Assembly (NCBI GenBank): GCA_001275005.1
Contig: JWZX01003296.1
Span: 1 to 38,872 of the forward strand
Reading direction: 5' to 3'
From: Chrysochromulina tobinii
Lineage: Eukaryota
Length of the DNA: 38,872 nt
Shown here: positions 33,813 through 38,872 of the stretch, piece by piece
Layout: each line of letters opens with the position of its first letter
How positions within the stretch are numbered: position 1 is the stretch's first letter
Program-made: the position numbers and the translations under genes
The notes under the pieces: model-generated
Seen by the model: only the letters and a program-made list of their open reading frames with translations
Told to the model about the DNA's origin: nothing
Database searches by the model: none

Positions 33813-35110
33813 TCAAAGGAAGCGCCAGAGAGCGCACTCGACGCCGGCGCCGGGGCCCATGGTGATGAACATGCCATACTCACCGCGTTTGGCGATCTTC
33901 TCGCGCAGCAGCGATTCGTACGCCCAGAGGAAGGATCCGCTGGACATGTTGCCCATCGCCCGCAGTGAGTTGAGCGAGTGCCGGATGGCGTGCTTCGAGA
34001 GCCCGAGCGAGTACATGACGCAGTCGAGCACCTTCTTGCCGCCCGAGTGGACGACCCAGTGCGCGATGTCCTCCTTACGCAGCCGGTGCTTCGCCAGCAG
34101 CCGGTGCACCATGCCAGGGATCTTGAGGCCCATCAGGTAGGGCACCTGCGGCGAGGCCATCAGCATGCAATCAGCATGCAATCAGCATGCAATCACCTGT
34201 GATGAGGGAGGCCATCAGCATGCAATCAGGTAGGGCACCTGCGGCGAGATTGTGAACGAGTACTTGTGATACTCCTCGAGCCACGTGTAGCAGAGGGAGT
34301 CGAGCGAGTCGGGCAGCAGCAGCGACTCGAAGCCGTAGAGGGCCGGCTTGGGCGCGGCGTTCGTTGAGGCGATCGGACGCTCGGGCGTTGGGCAGAGCAG
34401 CACGGCCGCGGCAGAGCCATCGCCGAAGAGCGAGTTGGTGAGGGCGACGGCGAGGTCGGGCTTGCTGGCGTCCCAAACATAGCCGGCCGAGACCACCTCG
34501 CATGCGAACATGACGGCGGGTACTCCCGGGTTCGCCTCGGCCCAATGGGCGGCGGTTGCCATGCAGTTGAGCCCGGCGTGGCAGCCCATGCCCACGATGT
34601 CGACGCGCTGGATGGTCGAGGGCAGCCGCAGGTGGTTGGCCACGTGGGCGGAGAGGCCGGGAGAGGAGAAGCCGGTCGTGGTGCACACGACGAGGAAGCC
34701 CACCTGATGAGGGGTGCAATCAGGTGCAATCAGGTGCAATCAGTGGTGCACACGACGAGGAAGCCCACCTGATGAGGGGTGCAATCAGGTGCAATCAGGT
34801 GCAATCAGTGGTGCACACGACGAGGAAGCCCACCTGATCGAGCGCCACACCCGCCGCCTCGCACGCCTGCGGGATGGCGGAGGCGGCGAGCTTCTTCGAC
34901 CAGCGTAGGTGCTTGGCGAGCAAGCCACCCTGGGTCACCCCACCAGCACGCTGCTCGGCACCGATCTCGGCCAGCCGGCGAGACTCGATGTGGGCAGACG
35001 AGTAGATGGCTCGCATGCGAGGGTCGTCCACGCCGAGCAGGTTGGCCACCTCGGCTTGTGTGTACCGCTCCTCCGGGGCGGCGGTGCCGATCCCGACGAG
35101 CACGGCGCGA
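33813..35110 (-). CDS. dpgA: Type III polyketide synthase domain, DpgA-like (3,5-dihydroxyphenylacetyl-CoA synthase); C-terminal part of the fusion gene, introns 34704..34833 and 34146..34238
   Basis: Catalytic triad intact: DIVGMGCHAGLN (Cys), HWVVHSGGKKV (His), GNMSSGSFL (Asn). Also VGIGTAAP..YTQAEV, QGGLLAKH, NSLFGDGSAA, PQVPY and ITMGPG, which closely follow actinobacterial DpgA as I recall it. Confidence 0.88.
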
Positions 35111-38100
35111 GGCTTGTACTTGGCCTCGTACAGCAATCCCTCGGCGATGCGCTCCGAGCGGAGCGAATCCTCGTGTGCGCCGCCGCCCACACGTGCGTCG
35201 ATGAGCATCTTGGCGAGCGTGCGGGCGAGCGCTTGGTCGGTGCCGAGCTTGGCGGCGAGCTCGAGCGCCGCCGTGAGCGGTGTGGGCGAGAGGGAGAGCG
35301 CGAGTCCCCATTCGAGCGCGCTGTTCGCACTCAGTCGCCCATGGAAGAGGATGACTTGCTTCGCGCGCGCGGCGCCCACTGCCTCGGTCAGACGCGTGCA
35401 GCCGCCCGCGGCAGGCACGAGGCCGAGGGAGGTCTCGGGCAACCAGAAGCGCGCCCCCGGCCCGACGAGGCGCACGTCGCACGCCAGTGCCCACTCGAAC
35501 CCGCCCGCGACGGCGGCGCCCTCGACGACGGCGATCGAGACGAAAGGAGCCTTGGCAAGCGATTCGAAGACGCGCTGGCTCTGGAGCTCGAGAGCGTCCA
35601 TCGCGCGCGGGTTGGAGACACGTTCGAGGTCGGCGCCGGAGCAGAAGAAGCGAGGGTCCGATGACTTGAAGATGACGCAGCCGCACCGTTGGGCTGAGAG
35701 CATCGGGATGAGACGCTCGAGGGCATCGAGCATTGGGCCGTCGTACGCGTTCGCGTAGCTCGGCCGGTTGATGGTGACGATGGCGAGCGCGCCCTGGCGC
35801 AGAAGCTGCAGCGAGTGCGTGCCGAGTGCATCGGGCGTCACGTAGCGCGAGTCCTCCTCGAGTGCCCGCGGCAGCGCCGCCTCGGACGCTGGCACGATCA
35901 GCGCATTGAGATGCTGCTGGAGCAGGGGGAGCGCCGACTCGGGCTCGAGCTGTGGAAGACGCACGAGGAGCCACTCGGTGCGTCGTCGGAGCTCGGCCAG
36001 TTCAGTCAGCCCGGCCACCTCGCGCAACCATGCAGCGGATGCAAAGGGGCGGCGGGCCGGTTCGGTGAGCATGCCGCCGCCGACGAGTAACGCCTTGTCG
36101 GACAGTTCGGCCGCCGCGCTCGCCATCGCCTCGCCGAGACAGTCGACGCGCGTGCGGCCGACGGCGAACCCGCCGTCACGGTCGCATCGCCGCTGGCCGA
36201 GGGCGTGCGCGAGGTGAGCGTTGGCGAGGGCGGTGCGACCTCCCGCCTGGCCAGCACACGTGAGAGAGCGCCTGGCGCGTCCACCTGGGTGGCAAGTCGC
36301 TCGAGCCGCGCCATCACATCAGCCTCGTCTTCACACGGCGGCGCCTCGAGGACGCCCCACTGGACGAGGGACTCGAGGTCGGCCGCGGGAGTCGCGAGGA
36401 GCACGCGCATGAGGGATCCGATGCGAGCAGAGCGGCCGAGCTGCCACACGCGCGCGCCCGGCACCATTTTGGCTTGCCAGCCAGCGAGGCGCACACACAC
36501 TGCCGCCGAGGCCGCCAGCCGGTGCTTGCATGCAAGGCACAGCTCGAGCGCGAGCGCGCCAAGCTCGCCGCGCATGAGCGCCGTGGTGGGCACTTGCGCC
36601 GTGAGCGCGTCGAGCGCGTCGAGCGCCGTGGCGAACGCCTCCCTCGAGGCGCACGTGTTGTCGAGCCGGAGCAGGTGTCCGCTCTCTTCGTCGAGGTCGA
36701 GGAGCACCCCGAGCGTGGGCCCGAGCGGGGGAAGTGGGGGAGGCGCGCCTGCACCCATCGCCGAAGGCCCAAGCATCATCTGCGCGGAGGTGCCATGCTC
36801 GAGTTTGGCCATCTCCACCGCCTCGAGAGTGGTCAACGCCTCGGTGAGGGCCCCGAGCGCCTCCGCCGTTAGTACGCTGCCCGTCAGCCGAAGCCGCACC
36901 ACACACCCGAGGCTGCCCAGCGGCTCGGTACTCACACGCACATTCAGCGGCGCGCCGCCTGCGTCCGCCGTGCCAGCCTCGGTCGTCTCAGCCGCGGCTC
37001 CCTGGGCGGCGCGGGCGCCCGCCCGCGCCCATTCGAGCTTCCATTGCCACGCCTCGGTCGGCATGATGAACTGGTCGGGGAAGAAGGAGGCGAGCTGTTC
37101 GAGCTGGGCCGACGAGATCTTGGACGAGAACGCATTCACCGGCGGGGCCGCCTCGACGACATCCACTCCTCCTTCTCCCCCTCCTTCTCCGGCGTCCGCG
37201 CCGCTCGTGGCGGCTGCTGGCGCCGTGTGCCACACTTTGAGCATCGCCCGGAGCTCCTCGGGGCGCGCCATCCAGATGGTATCCTGGAGCAGGTAGCGGC
37301 AAAGGAGAAGGGAGGCGCCGTGCGCGGCGCGCGCGAGCAATGCGCCGAGCCACGCGCCCACCTCGGCCGCGGGCGCGTCCGCCGCCGCCGCCTTGGGCGC
37401 CACGATCCATTGTAGCGCGCCTACGCGCAACGCCTCGGTGGTGCCCAGTGGGGAATCCTGCGCCATGAGCGCCATCGCGACGCCCGCGCCCACGTGCTTC
37501 GCGAGGCGGAAGGCGAGGGTTCCGGGGAGCGTGCCCGAGGCGGCGCCAAAGTCGAGCGTGACGCTGGGCGCCGCCGCGCGCAGGTCACACGCGAACGCGA
37601 TCTGGAGCGCCGTCGCGCCGACCGATCCGGTGCCCACGAGGACGCACACGGTGGGCAGGGGCAGCGTGTTGAGGCTGGCGAGTGCCTTCTCGAGCTTGGT
37701 TAGCCATGAGACGAGGCGCATGTTGAAGTGGCCGTTGGCACCGCCGACCGCGTGCAGCGCGAGCAGCTGCTGCGGCATCGGCAGCCGCCCCGCCCTCTCG
37801 GACGCGAGCATCCGGAGGACGAGGCACGTGGGCAGGGGCGTCACCGGTGGCGGCGAGCGCGGCTAGCCCGCGGTTGAGCTGCTCGAGCACCTTGCTGAGC
37901 TCGTCGAGGGAGATGAGCTCGAGCTCGGAGGGCATCGTGAGCACCCACGCCTCCTCGGACCGGTGCACCTCGTACTCGAGCGGCACGAGAGGTGGCAGCG
38001 GGGCGTGCGCGGCCGCCGCTCGCCCGACCGCGTCGGCGATGACGAGGGACGAGACGGCGAGTGAGTGGCCGATGACGTCGGTGCCCGCGACGGACGAAGG

Positions 38101-38713
38101 TCTGGAGCACGATGCGCCGGAGCAGCGCGAGCGGCACATTTGGCGGCACGGGCAGCCGCGCCGCGTGGAGCGCCGCCACGGTGGGGCACAGCGCGTGCAC
38201 CACGTGGCAGTCGAGCAGTTCGTGCGTGCCCGCCGGCTGCGTGCGCCAGAGCAGCTTCTGCGCGCGCAGCACGCCCGCGTGGAGGGCGAGCGAGGCGAGC
38301 CACCAGATGGGGAGCGGCACGTACGGCTGCGTCGCGCCCGTCGCCTGCGACGCTGGCCGCGCCGGCAGGCACGTGTCTGCCGTCCCGAGCCGGAAGTCGC
38401 ACGCAAGCGCGAGGCTGAGCGACAGGTCGCAGAGCGCGCCGTCGAGAGCGGCGACGAGCAGGAGGCTGCGCTTCTGCAACTTGGCGAGCGCGAGCTCGTA
38501 CCGCTGCAGCGCCGCCGCCGTGCACACGGGCACGACCAGCGGCCCGCCGCGGATGCACAGCACGACCTTGGTGGACTTGTCCCTGTCGAGCTGCTTGCAC
38601 AGGCGCTCGACCGTCTCCGTGTACTCGACGAGCGAGGTCGGCGGCTCTACCTCGATGACGGTCGTCTCCGGCGGCACGAGTATCGACTCGGGGTCGGGGC
38701 CGGGCGTCTCCAT
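33813..38713 (-). CDS. Multidomain gene: three DpgB-like crotonase-fold domains + one catalytic enoyl-CoA hydratase (DpgD-like) + DpgA-like type III PKS (about 1500 aa); two unresolved +1 frame breaks, and the 5' end may lie outside the window
   Basis: Repeated crotonase motifs LALACDFRL, IAFACDLRAA and LCLACKHRL. The fourth domain has FFCSGADL, AVAGGFEWALACDVR and LPETSLGLVPAAGG and runs in frame into DpgA. Likely 92-nt intron at 36193..36284. Frame breaks near 38095 and 37838. Confidence 0.78.
34146..34238 (-). repeat. 93-nt intron with a (tgattgcatgc)n core flanked by a 24-nt direct repeat ctcgccgcag|gtgccctacctgat
   Basis: The direct repeat spans both splice junctions, the intron contains an in-frame stop, and removal restores ISPQ|VPYLMGLK. 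Confidence 0.9.
34704..34833 (-). repeat. Intron made of two identical 65-bp units, each a 26-nt copy of the next exon + (tgattgcacc)x3 + cctcatcag
   Basis: The exon-junction sequence recurs at 65-bp spacing (34701, 34766, 34831). Removing 130 nt restores LDQ|VGFLVVCTTTGF. Confidence 0.9.
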
Positions 38714-38872
38714 CGTCCGACCGAACGGCGCTGACTCGCCGGCTCTCCCGGATTGAGTCGTACTGTCGATGCCAAGTAAGGGCAAACAGAGAGGCCGCGC
38801 GTCGGGGCGCTGTGGTGAACTGTAGGTGCCGTGACGCATGCAAAGGGGGAGGAGGGGGGGAGGGGGGGGGGG

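Noticed and set aside
34677..34838. Regularly spaced direct repeats resembling a CRISPR array
   Set aside because: The 'spacers' are identical, the repeat is a copy of exon sequence, the context is eukaryotic and there are no cas genes.

Overview
This is a GC-rich, gene-dense eukaryotic window, not a prokaryotic one. It has short spliceosomal GT-AG introns, and several proteins carry bipartite signal + plastid transit peptides. This points to an alga with a red-derived complex plastid, probably a haptophyte (inference). Genes in order: alpha-tubulin (partial), a tandem di-ATG8, a plastid-targeted metallophosphoesterase, a TE-rich intergenic block with an intact hAT-type MITE (8-bp TSD), triosephosphate isomerase, a permuted NlpC/P60 + IQ protein, a giant sacsin-like/IQ gene probably fused to a kinase + RING-Rcat E3 module, a TBC Rab-GAP, ARP4, two small plastid proteins, an F-box exon, a GT-A-like protein, a plastid ABC-F, and a crotonase x4 + type III PKS gene. 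The standout is that last gene: it looks like the actinobacterial dpgA/dpgB/dpgD enzymes (3,5-dihydroxyphenylacetyl-CoA synthesis) fused into one intron-containing eukaryotic polypeptide. Two of its introns look newly made, each a satellite core flanked by a long duplication of the AG|GT exon site. All family calls come from motif recognition by eye; no searches were run.
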